NCBI GenBank assembly: GCA_964234715.1
Contig: OZ174284.1
DNA: 64,000 nucleotides
Direction: 5' to 3' (one strand)
Source of the DNA: Podarcis melisellensis
Taxonomy: Eukaryota
Shown here piece after piece: positions 12,243 to 22,252 of the stretch; position 1 is the first letter of the stretch, and every line of letters starts with the position of its first letter. The position numbers and the translations under genes were made by a program. The notes under the pieces were generated by a model. It did not search any database and was not told the origin of the DNA. It saw only the letters and a list, made by a program, of their open reading frames with translations.

Positions 12243-13467
12243 CTATAACAACACAGGACAGTGATCTGAATAACTGAGCAGCATTCTTCTTTTACAGCCA
12301 CAGACACACTTCCTACCTTAAAACAGCGACAATACAAAGAACAGGGGCTCTTGCAAAGTGTCCTTCCAAGAGGCAACAACCTGAGGCTCTGGCAGCTATT
12401 TCCACAACTAGGCTTCAGCACCAGGAAGATGCTAGCTCTAACCACCACCACCACCCGCAATTCCTTTTACAGTTACATGCAAAGGGTCACTAACTGTTCT
12501 CAGCCCCATTGCTTGGAAGAAGCATGACATGTGAACTGAATGATTTGCAGATACGGGCAGGGATTTTTAAATATATTTTTTGGTGTGCGCTAAAGCACAG
12601 CAATCATGGTTGCAAATTCACCTGATTGACTTTGGGTGCTCTTCACCTTGACTTGCGGAGGAGGGCATTTCTTGCTCTGTCTCCGGTGGCAAAGCACTTG
12701 GGCCAGCCTTGATCTAGCAGCTGCACAAGAATCCATCATGCCACAGCACACTGCAAGCACATGCTGTTTGAGAAGGGCCGGAAGAGCTGTCCACTGAGGC
12801 TATTAGTCCAGCGAGCAAGACAAACAACATGCTCTAGGGTTGCTAGAGGGATCCGCTCAAGCGCTTCAAGCCTTACTCTTAATTACAGAAGAGGATTTCT
12901 GTGCAGGGAAAGGAATGAAAGCCATCTAGTGACTCTCTCTCTTTCTCTTTTGCACACACAGCTAATGAAACACACACACGTGCACGAACCACAGGAGAGC
13001 ATTTGCGCGTGTTTTTCATGCTTGAGCCTCATGCACAACTTCTCTCAGCCGGTTACAGACTGGTGCTGATAACCGCCAAGGTTGCAAGTTCGACCCCAAT
13101 GCATGGGGCAGCTGCATATTCCTGCAGTGCAGAGTGGAAGGGGGGGGCGACCCAGCCAGATGGGCAGGATATAAAGAATATATTATTATTATTATTATTT
13201 TATTGGACTAGATGATCCTCAGGGCCCCTTCCAACTCTATGATTCCTAGCAAAACATCGCGCGCGTGAAGGGGGCTGCCCATCCAGACGCGCGCTTCAGG
13301 AAAGCAACACGAGTTTGCAACCCCACACGGCACTTTTCGCCGGGCAAAACTAAGACGGCAGAGAGAGGTGATTGTTAGGGGAATCCGTCTGGAAAGGCTC
13401 TTTCCAGAGAGGCGCTGGGGAAGGGCTGCAAGGGGAGCGGGGCGATCGGCGGCAGGAGGGCTCCTAC
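12243..13467 (-). other. PHLDA1: Probable PHLDA1 3'-UTR intron (about 1.2 kb)
   Basis: Donor CAG|GTAGGA lies 20 nt after the stop codon. Best acceptor is TGTCCTGTGTTGTTATAG| at 12243. PHLDA family genes typically have one intron just after the stop. The acceptor is less certain than the donor. Confidence 0.7.
13044..13245 (+). mobile_element. tRNA(Ile)-head / CR1-tail SINE with nested L2 3' tip (13130-13203)
   Basis: tggtgctgataac-gccaaggttgcaagttcgacccc head and ttccaactctatgattc tail. The insert cccagccagatgggc...(ATT)n matches the L2 end at 33515-33595. Confidence 0.8.
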
Positions 13468-13487
13468 CTGCCCTGGCTGGGGCCCGG

Positions 13488-14000
13488 CTAGGCGGAGTTT
13501 GAGGCGCTCCGCAGGCGCGGCCCGTGCTGCTGGACGAGGTGCTGCTGCTTCTGCCGCGTGGACTTGACGGCCAGGATGGCCTGGCGGTTCTTGTACTGCA
13601 CCAGCTGCAGCGTGATCTCGGCGTTCCAGCCCTGCTCCTGCGGGCACCGAAAGTCGATCTCTTTGCCCTCGGCCATCACGACCGTGAAGTACACGTACTT
13701 GCCTTTGCGCTCCACGCAGTCCACCGTCTTCATGGTGGAGAAGGGCAGCTCCTTGATCTTGGCGACCACGGAGGGCGCCGCGCTCGTCGTCGTCGTCGTC
13801 GTCTCCAGGCCGGGGAGAGGAGCAGCAGGCGGCGGAGCAGGAGCCGCCGCCACCACCGCCAGCTCCGGCTGCTTGGGCGGGATGAGCAGGAGCCCTTCCT
13901 CGGTGAGGATGCAGCGCTTCTTCTTCCACAGCTGCAGCAAGCCGTCGCTGCGCTTCTCCAGCACGCCCTCCTTCACGGCTTTGCAGCCGCCCTCCAGCAT
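13488..14000 (-). CDS. PHLDA1: Pleckstrin homology-like domain family A member 1 (TDAG51), 170 aa, single coding exon
   Basis: Translation [44 protein letters not shown]...[69 protein letters not shown]...RSASNSA is diagnostic. The ORF-track start at 14036 is a TTG; the only in-frame ATG is at 14000-13998. Stop TAG at 13490-13488. Adjacent to NAP1L1 as in other vertebrates. Confidence 0.97.
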   Translation of the reverse strand: MLEGGCKAVKEGVLEKRSDGLLQLWKKKRCILTEEGLLLIPPKQPELAVVAAAPAPPPAAPLPGLETTTTTTSAAPSVVAKIKELPFSTMKTVDCVERKGKYVYFTVVMAEGKEIDFRCPQEQGWNAEITLQLVQYKNRQAILAVKSTRQKQQHLVQQHGPRLRSASNSA

Positions 14001-14478
14001 CCTCCCGCCGGCGCCGCCGGAACAAAGTTCCCGCAAGACCCGGGCAAGGAGAGGAGCCTTCGGGGTCCCGGGAGCCTTTTCTCCGCCTCCGACGGCGCCC
14101 GGGCGTCCCCCGCAGCCACTGAGGGAAGCTGCTGGGCTCGCGCTGCTTTTGAACGCGGCTCCTCCAGGGGGCCGAGGGCGCTCGCGGAAGAAGAGGCTGG
14201 CCGAGGAGGGAAGCCCCGCCGCGCTCTCGCTCGCACACCCTTCGCCTCAGGGCCGGCGCGCCTCCCCGCCTCGCTCGCTTCTCCGTCTCCTGCCCTCCCG
14301 CCAGAGAGGCCTGTAGCGCCTCACGCGAACCGCCGCGCCGCCGCCGCCGCCGCCAAAGAACAAAGCGCTTCTCCCGCGCTGGCCATTTCCGCTCCTCAAA
14401 CTCGAGGAGGCGAGGAACCCGGCGCGCTCGGGGCTGGAGCACTTTTTAAATGGCATCGGCAGAAGGCAGGCTGCAGTC

Positions 14479-14496
14479 CTGGCGCCCCCTGGAGAA
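14479..14496 (-). promoter_or_regulatory. CTCF-like motif in PHLDA1 promoter
   Basis: Minus strand reads TCTCCAGGGGGCGCCAG, matching the CTCF core CCAGGGGGCGC. Confidence 0.45.
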
Positions 14497-15136
14497 TGCG
14501 CCACCCACTGGAGCTGATTCACCGGGGGGGGGGGGGACGGAGGGCCGCCCTCCCGACGCCTCCCTGCCCGCCCAACTTCTCCTCCCGACGGAAGGCAACA
14601 GTTCTGCTGAGGAGCTGCTTGTGTCACGACGCGGGACTTCCTTTTTTTTTTTAAAAAAAGGTGTTTTTTAAAAAAAAAAGGTGCCTCGCGAATCATCCAT
14701 AACAGTTTTGTTTATTTCTGCAACGGCGGAACTCCTCCGCAGTGCGATCGTTATATTGGATCGAGGGCGGCACGCACGGTGTGGAAAAACGCCCCGAGGC
14801 ATTTATATGATACTTGTGCTGATGTGGAGACTAAAACTCCTAGGGGCCCGAACACCGAAATACGCAGCCTCAAGACTGAACATATAAAGGAGTGTCATAA
14901 TCACTACCCAATGCACCTTCACATAGGATCACCAAATAACACTGTCATTTCTTGTAAGGCAACTGTACAGCGTACATTGGCTAGCAAGTGAGAGTCCACA
15001 CTGCAGATCCCCAATCTTTTAGGAGACATTTGAAAATCAATGAAATGCTCTTTGCACAGACAAATGAGTGATGCTCAGACACTTGTCCCCAATAAAACAG
15101 GTAGCATACACCTTCCCCAAACAATACATACAATGA

Positions 15137-15390
15137 AGCAGGAGGAGGAGGAATTTGGACTTGATATCCCGCTTTTCACTCCCCTTCAGGAGTCTCAAAG
15201 CTGCTAACATTCTCCTTTCCCTTCCTCCCCCACAACAAACACTCTGTGAGGTGAGTGGGGCTGAGAGACTTCAGAGAAGTGTGACTGGCCCAAGGTCACC
15301 CAGCAGCTGCATGTGGAGGAGCAGAGAATCGAACCCGGTTCACCAGATTACAAGTCTACTGCTCTTAACCACTACACCACACTGGCTCTC
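15137..15390 (-). mobile_element. tRNA-derived SINE (Squam3-like)
   Basis: Minus strand GAGAGCCAGTGTGGTGTAGTGGTTAAGAG...GGTTCGATT head and TCCAAA(TCC)n tail; second copy at 42143. Confidence 0.85.
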
Positions 15391-15679
15391 CTCCTAACAC
15401 AGGCAACCTCCTAACAAAACAAAGCACCGGAACTCCTCAATTTGAAGTAAAAAATTGAGAAGGGCAGGGAGGGCTTAGTAGGCAGGCGGTTTGACGCTGA
15501 GGGCACGAGTGGGGACCCAAGATACACACCAACTTACTGTGGTCTAAACTGGGTATGGGGAACCTATGGCCCTCTAGATGCTGGAGGAGTCCAACTCCCA
15601 TCAGCCCACAGCCACCATGGCTAATGGCCAGGGATTATAGGCACTGCTCCAAATAATAAGAGTTTGAGTTGTTTTAGCA

Positions 15680-15914
15680 CAGGGTAGGCAACCTAAGGCC
15701 TGTGGGCCAGATGCGGCCCAATCGCCTTCTCAGGAATGTGTGTTTTTACATGAGTAGAATGTGTCCTTTTATTTAAAATGCATCTCTGGGTTATTTGTGG
15801 GGCATAGGAATTCGTTTTGGGTTTTTTGGTTTCCCCCCAAAATATAGTCTGGCCCACCACATGGTCTGAGGGGCGTTGGACCGGCCCACAGCTGAAAAAG
15901 GTTGCTGACCCTTG
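15680..15914. mobile_element. hAT (Charlie-like) MITE
   Basis: TIRs CAGGGTAGGCAACC / GGTTGCTGACCCTTG; perfect 8-bp TSD TTTTAGCA. Confidence 0.88.
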
Positions 15915-17066
15915 TTTTAGCAGGAGTGCTGCAGAAAGCCTTTTAGAGGTGTCTTTTTCAGGGACTCAAAGACAGTGGAAGTAGTCAAGATTCCTCTGAA
16001 TCTATTTCAGAGGAAGGCTGCATTCTTCTACTTTGTACCAAGTGATAGACTGACAACAGGAAAATCAAAGAAGGAATCGGATACAAGCCAGCACTTTGTG
16101 ACTGAAAAAATACGGAAGAAAAATAAACAGAATTGTTGCTTGCACCCAAGTTATATCTGTCAACTGTCAAGGAAGTGTACAAATCTACGTAATCATGTGA
16201 ACACAGCAGCTGAGACTTGGATCAAAACACCCTGAGTGCAACCCATGCTTTCTGAAGCCTCTCTATAAATACCTTCGCTAAAATAGCTCTAAAATATATG
16301 TGGAAGGAAGCTACAGCACAATCCTTGCTAGTGAAGGAAAGGAAGCTATTTCATAATGCCTTCTTAAAAATATATCAGGGTTTCCAAATGCATCAAATCC
16401 CTTTGCAGACCCCTTTTATAACTTGAGAGCCTACATCGTTTATAAGCAAAGCTTTTTAGTTAAAATTGTAAAATCCACTCAAATTTACCCTCTCCCTCTC
16501 TGCCCATCTCATAGCTCACCCCTTCTTTCCACTCCCCCCATTTCTCTTTTTAGTCCACGGATCTTTCTTTTTAGTCCACGGATCTCAAAGCGTGGTTAAA
16601 TCCCCTTTTCCTCTGGCATCTTATGTTAGCCTCCATTTTTGCTGTTCTGCTTATCTTACATAGCCTTGTTTCTATTACTTATAGCAGAGTTCAGCAGCAA
16701 CATCTGGCTGCAAAAATGGGTGTCAACTCCCCCATGCACTTCTGAATTAGCACTCTGCCACTCCAAGCTATCAACGTTTATTTAGATTTCCTCTGTGGGG
16801 GAAGGCTTTATGATATGCAGGTCTAATATAATGAATTCTTCCTGTATTCAAACAGCACTGCTCTAGCTACCATGGCTGTCCTATATACAATGTCTTAACA
16901 TTCATACAAGCAGAATACATTTGGTAGGGATACTTATTCAATACCATTTTAAAATTCAACGCATCCATGAGCATAGCATATATTCCTAAAGATTATGTTC
17001 AGGTTCCACGATAATGGAAGTAAATGATGCTTAGACACACGGATACCTCATTATTTGAATTTGTGA

Positions 17067-17103
17067 GACTGGACCTAACAGTCAGGGGTCCCTTTACCTT
17101 TAC
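17067..17103 (+). mobile_element. Sauria SINE 3' tip
   Basis: gactggacctaacagtcaggggtccctttacctttac. Confidence 0.8.
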
Positions 17104-17226
17104 GTTCTGCTAGATTAGCACTTTCAAAAACCATAGTTCAATCAGCTTTGTCTGCATCTTCGTATCAGATGCATTACCAAAACAAGCAGCAAGGCTAAGT
17201 AATTTGGCCTTGGATACTGTAGCACA

Positions 17227-17245
17227 CAGACGCCCTCTAGTGTCA
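17227..17245 (-). promoter_or_regulatory. CTCF-like motif between NAP1L1 3' end and PHLDA1 promoter
   Basis: Minus strand reads TGACACTAGAGGGCGTCTG, a close match to the CTCF consensus, in unique AT-rich DNA with the CpG retained. Confidence 0.55.
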
Positions 17246-17534
17246 AACTAAATTTTGTGTTTATGCTCAACATAAAAATGTGGTAAACCTCTAGCCCTCA
17301 CTTGACCTGTTGAGTCTGCCGAAGTAAAAGTGTTTCCCCTCCACCTCCCCAAAAGTCTGCTGTACTCAATGTACATATATATAACCCAGACATCAAATCA
17401 AGTTGTTTTGGCCAATGAAGGCTTATGCTAAGATAATTTACTTTTCAAAGAGGAACATAATTTAGCTGTTTTTCCTGCAGCAGATACAGCCACGTGTCTG
17501 AAAACTAAACATAGCACCAACAAACTCTAACAAT

Positions 17535-17894
17535 AAAAGTAAAGGGACCCCCCCCCTGACCGTTAGGTCCAGTTGCAGACAACTCTGGGGTTCCGGTGCT
17601 CATCCTGCTTTATTGGCCGGGAGAGCCGGCGTAGTTTCCCAGTCATGTGGCCAGCATGACTAAGTCGTTTCTGGTGAACCAAAGCAGTGCACGGAAACGC
17701 CGTTTACCTTCCCGCCGGAGCGGTACCTACCGGTATTTATCTACTTGCACTTTGACATGCTTTCAAACTGCCAGGTTGGCAGGAGCTGGGACCGAGCAAC
17801 GGGAGCTCACCCCGTTGCGGGGATTCGAACCACCAACCTTCTGATTGGCAAGCTGTAGACTCTGTGGTCTAGACCACAGCGTCACCTGCATCCT
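17535..17894 (-). mobile_element. Sauria SINE, full length
   Basis: Reverse-complement match to 1622-1986; TSD TAACAAT. Confidence 0.92.
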
Positions 17895-19084
17895 TAACAA
17901 TCTCTAGGATCCTGTAAAAGCCCCTGCTTCAGTAGTATGCAAAGTGTGATACTTACTGCACTTTCCATTCACTTGTCAGGTAACCCAAAGTTGGGCTCAT
18001 TGTCAGTGGTCAAATACGAGCGGTATGTACATAACATTCTTAAATGTCACACTTGAAATATTTCATCCGTTAGGAATGTTGCAAAATGTAATTGCTCATA
18101 TTACTCTGTGCAAAATGAATTCCTTTAAAAGCAACTCAACATGCATGGAAGTTGCCAAACTAGTGTTGGGAAATGCTGAACTTAAAACAAACTGTAATTT
18201 TAAAGGCGTTGGCTGCCTGTCTTTATCCTTTCCTACAAACTTGCCAAATTTGTTCCTTGTGGAAAAGCATAGCTACCAGAAATACACAAACAGAACATGT
18301 TACTGGAACATATTTACCTTGGGCCAGATGTACAGGGAATGGAGCCTTGATGAATGCTGCTACATGGGAGTTAAAACTGAATTTGTTCAGTTAAGAGCCT
18401 TTTCAGTGACTGCAGTTGAACTTGTGCCTACAAGCTGTTGCACTGCATCAGACCACCCCAGCAGCCACTCTGTAACCAGCTGAAAGTTATTTAGCTATTG
18501 GGTTCACAGCTGGTACTTGAGGGAGTACTAACAGAAGGCACCTCCCACCCTCCTCTAAAAGAGGTAGCATTTCTAAGGAAGCTGCAGGTTCTGAGAATCA
18601 TTTCTTCCACTGAATCTGCTTTGACACAGGATCAATATGCTCTCTAATAAGAATCTAAAACTCATCTAAACAGTGAAGCTACTGCCTTTGAATAAGCAAT
18701 GTTTCAATCTTTTCCGCATACAAACTGTACAGAGCCTTTGCGGAATTTCCCCCCCCCCCCATGCTTGTTTGCTTCACACATACTCCCCACCCCCAATGAA
18801 GGGCAATAGTTGGGAGCTTTTTGTAGGGATTTTCATGCTTTTAAGAGTTTGGCTCCTGTACCCACAGTTCCTTATGCTGCATTTCTTCTTGGGAGCGCAA
18901 GGTCTATTTCTGGAATTCTTGTATTAAGAATAGGCCTCCCAATAAACAGGAAAAGATATATATTCAGCAGTGTGGGGGTAATGTATGTAGTATGAAAAAA
19001 CATTTGTACCTTAAGTGGTGAAATATAACTTGCTGTTCTGGCAATTGTGGTATTGGTGTGAAAAAACCTGCTATGTACTAAAGA

Positions 19085-19287
19085 CAGGGCTGGCCCAAGA
19101 CATTTTGGCACCTGAGGCAAACCGCAAAATGGTGGCTCCCTCCCTGCCAGGGAAGAAGGGGTGCGTAAAGATCTACATCAGGAAGTTGGGGGGGGGAGAG
19201 AAAGTTTAATATCAGGATCTGCTGCCCCTGTGGACCCTGCTGCCTGAAGCAGTTGCTTCATCTTGCCTCATAGGTGGGCTGGCCCTG
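19085..19287. mobile_element. hAT (Tip100-like) MITE
   Basis: CAGGGCTGGCCC / GGGCTGGCCCTG termini and degenerate 8-bp TSD (actaaaga/cctaaata); relative at about 54600-54865. Confidence 0.7.
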
Positions 19288-19938
19288 CCTAAATATATCC
19301 TTGTTTTGCTGAAAGAATTATGTTGTAAGGCTTAGGACTCATATTCAGTTTCTCCTGACTGTGGTTCCTCATAGTGTATCAGGTGCCAGGCAAAAGGGTT
19401 TTTCCATCTTTCAGAAGCATCTTTTCAGGTGGCACTAGAATTACAATAGAAAGTAGGGCATCAATAGCCTCAGAGCATTCACCAAAACTCTGCATCTCTG
19501 AGTTTGCCCAATTATCCTGAGTCTGAATAGTTTTGACACACTACTTCTAAAAAAAGTAGTAGTCCTGGACAGATTGTAAAGTTGGGAAAGTTTCGAGCTG
19601 ACTGAATGTTTATTTCTTTGAGTATGATAAGTTTACTTCTCCCCAACGCATATCCAGATGGAATATAAGGAAGTAGTGAAGGAAAAAGCAAATGGCATAC
19701 CTAAATTGGCCAACCTTCCAGGTGGATGAGAAGTTTGTCAGATAATCAGCAGCTTAACTCAAAACTGGACGTACAAAATTTATTCTTTTTTGTTGTCTGG
19801 AGCACACTGGAGATTTAGATAGGATGAATCTCAATTCAGCTACAAGTCAAGACCATGTTAAAGGAGTAATTGAAGATGCCTACCCTCTGTGAAACATGTC
19901 AGAGAAGTACCTAATCCTATAACCTTATTTGAACAAAC

Positions 19939-20058
19939 CAGGAATGGGGAACCTATAGCCTTCCAGATGTTCAACTACGATTCCCATCATTCTTGACCAC
20001 TGATCATGCTGGTTAGGAGTCCAAAAACATATGGATGGTCAGAGGTTCGCCTGTCCCA
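19939..20058. mobile_element. Old short hAT-like MITE (ccagatgtt...actac...tcccatca family)
   Basis: Same family recurs at about 15549-15652, 24665-24930, 31060-31160, 51118-51227, 52995-53115 and 57770-57880. Confidence 0.6.
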
Positions 20059-20339
20059 CTTTTAAGGGGATAAGGCAGTTAAAAAGTTATATTATTACTG
20101 GATCTTCAAAGTTTCTAGGCAGGAAAGTGCTACAGTTGTAGTGAAAAAGTCCTTTGAGATAGTTTATGCAAGCCTACTGAAACAAACTTGTGCAGGAGTA
20201 CAACCCTGAAGGCATTTCAATGGTGCTTGTGCACATAACCCTCAGAGGCTGGTCCTGTTCAGCAAAAACACCCTACAGTGATGTAAGATTTTTTTTTTAA
20301 ATGTACACAGGCACACAACTAATTTCTGAAAATACTAGG

Positions 20340-20345
20340 TTTATT
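20340..20345 (-). terminator. NAP1L1: Probable proximal NAP1L1 poly(A) signal (further AATAAA at 19779-19784 and 19609-19614)
   Basis: AATAAA on the minus strand about 500 nt after the stop, followed by a GU-rich tract (GTTGTGTGCCTGTGT). Confidence 0.6.
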
Positions 20346-20842
20346 CACACCCCAGTGGTAAACAACCTTAATATGATGTCTCTAGTTTTTTTTTTCTGAA
20401 GGTCACCATCACAAAATACAAAAACCTAGAGCATAAACAAGCAGACAGTTATGAACGTCCAATGTGGTCTTGATGGAAATTGACAGATTTGGTTGGTTCT
20501 TCAGGAAAGGAGGCAAAGATTGGTCTCCATCAACAGTTCTGGTATCTTCACAGCTGCAGTCTAATAGCTACATGACAACAGACTTCACAAGAACCAAACT
20601 ATATATAGCAATGAATTAACTATTCATGCTTTAGGGATTTACTGCATTCTACATTTTGGCAGAAAAGTACTATTAAAATGCTAGGTACAAGGAACCTACA
20701 TTTTAAACTGGTTCTGTCAGTTTGTTTTAACAAATTGTTTACTTAATTCTACCAAGATACAAAACATAAGGCTGTAAGTAACTAATAGTTGTATTTAGGC
20801 TATTACAGTGCAGATAATCCTCAAGGCCACATACACACTGTT

Positions 20843-20878
20843 TCACTGCTGCTTGCATTCTGCTGGGTTTTGATCCTT
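20843..20878 (-). CDS. NAP1L1: NAP1L1 exon 15 coding part: KDQNPAECKQQ* (CAAX-type CKQQ)
   Basis: cttcaacag|AAG GAT CAA AAC CCA GCA GAA TGC AAG CAG CAG TGA. Confidence 0.96.
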   Translation of the reverse strand, partial: KDQNPAECKQQ

Positions 20879-20993
20879 CTGTTGAAGAAAAAACACAACA
20901 ACATCAGTGTGAAGACCACAGCTGTGCTACAGGACTTTGATAACTTTATTGGAGGAAAATGATTTACAAAGATCATATGCATCAATTACTTAC

Positions 20994-21044
20994 CTTGGGG
21001 TCATAATCTGGATCATTTTCCTCATCCGCTTCTTCTTCCCCTTC
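20994..21044 (-). CDS. NAP1L1: NAP1L1 exon 14: EGEEEADEENDPDYDPK
   Basis: 51 nt, cag/gtaagt flanks. Confidence 0.95.
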
Positions 21045-21172
21045 CTGAAATATACAGGACATACATTGAATGAGCACTTGGTGTCATAAAGAGCAAAGCT
21101 GAGAGTCTGACATTCCAGGATTTGTAAGCACCTTTTAACTACTGAAACCAGTTAAGCCACCATGGAACTCAC

Positions 21173-21205
21173 CTCATCATCGGCCTCCTCACCCTCTTCG
21201 TCATA
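21173..21205 (-). CDS. NAP1L1: NAP1L1 exon 13: YDEEGEEADDE
   Basis: 33 nt, cag/gtgagt flanks. Confidence 0.95.
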
Positions 21206-21752
21206 CTGGGGGGAGAAGGAGGGAGACAAAAATTAAGGTAAGAGGACAGTAGTACAATAGCTTTAAGGACATTACTCTGCAAATTAGAGCTTTTGAGTTG
21301 CAGGTATTTCCAGACATACAATGTTAATTTACATCGCACAGGAGCACTTTGCAAAAGCATGGGAACTTTTAGCAAAAACCCAATTAATCGCACAATTCTA
21401 CATACACTTAAACCTTAGCATGAAAATGAAATCTGCAATCTAAACCCAAATTGCTTTGACATCTAATTGTTGTGCCTGCTTAGGGGGGGGACTCATTCTG
21501 ATTGTATCCCAATTCGTACTTTATGTGTTCTAAAAACAAGCTCTTGCATGAAGAACATAAAGCACCAACCTGAAATTCAGCCCTATGGGTAACCGTACAA
21601 TCTAGCGCCGTAACATAACATGCACTTTCATCTATGTCTAATTCTATTATAATTAATGAAGCCTGTGTGGTAAGTTATAGCTCCATTTAAGCCCTGGGGT
21701 ACAGCTACTGTTCAAGGTAATTTTGGCACAGCTGAAAACAAGCACCACTTAC

Positions 21753-21875
21753 ATCATCATCGTCATCCTCAATGGCTTCTCCTGTGAAATACAATACTGA
21801 TCGTGGAACTATGCGCTCCCGTAGAAAGTGACCAATTTCAAAATCAGCTGCCAGAATTGCTTCAGCATCATCATC
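21753..21875 (-). CDS. NAP1L1: NAP1L1 exon 12: DDDAEAILAADFEIGHFLRERIVPRSVLYFTGEAIEDDDDD
   Basis: 123 nt, cag/gtaagt flanks. Confidence 0.96.
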
Positions 21876-22232
21876 CTGCACAGGTAATATGAATTCAAAG
21901 CTCTATGACTTTGCATTTAGGGGAAAAAATGATACCATTCTATGACACAAAATTTGTCTAAAGCCATATTCTCCCCAATTATTTATAACAGATTGCAAAT
22001 TTAATTCATTATCTCAAAAAATAATAATATTTATTTGTGCCCCAACTGAGTGCTGAATTCTCAATTTCAGTCACCAAAAATAACACATTTAATTTGGGTC
22101 TGAAAACTTGAAATATTGCTTAAATCACTTCAAATTATCTTAAAGAAGCCTAAAATTTATCTCTTGCTACTGCTTCTATCTTAAATATTATCCAAGTTAT
22201 ATTTCTTAGAAAATTAAGCTAGAGGGACTTAC

Positions 22233-22252
22233 CAAGTCTCCACTTTCAGGAA
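22233..22252 (-). CDS. NAP1L1: NAP1L1 exon 11 (20-nt micro-exon): VPESGDL
   Basis: ttgcag|TTCCTGAAAGTGGAGACTTG|gtaagt; required to keep the reading frame. Confidence 0.95.

Larger units (their letters stand above)
13250..14800. promoter_or_regulatory. CpG island covering PHLDA1 promoter and exon 1
   Basis: Very GC- and CpG-rich. Contains (GCC)6 at 14337-14354, TTTAAAAA (minus) at 14450-14443, an AP-1-like TGAATCA at 14515-14521, and poly(dA:dT) tracts at 14641-14680. Confidence 0.9.

Noticed and set aside
14001-14036. 12-aa N-terminal extension of PHLDA1 in the ORF track
   Set aside because: It starts at TTG; the conserved MLE methionine at 14000 is the only in-frame ATG.
13524-14654. 376-aa and 252-aa plus-strand ORFs antisense to PHLDA1
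   Set aside because: Non-ATG starts and low-complexity products; these are the expected shadow of a GC-rich CDS and CpG island.
16545-16585. Short direct duplications (also 2561-2585, 23130-23190, 28629-28671) as array or CRISPR-like repeats
   Set aside because: Only two copies each with no spacers; ordinary slippage duplications in a eukaryotic genome.
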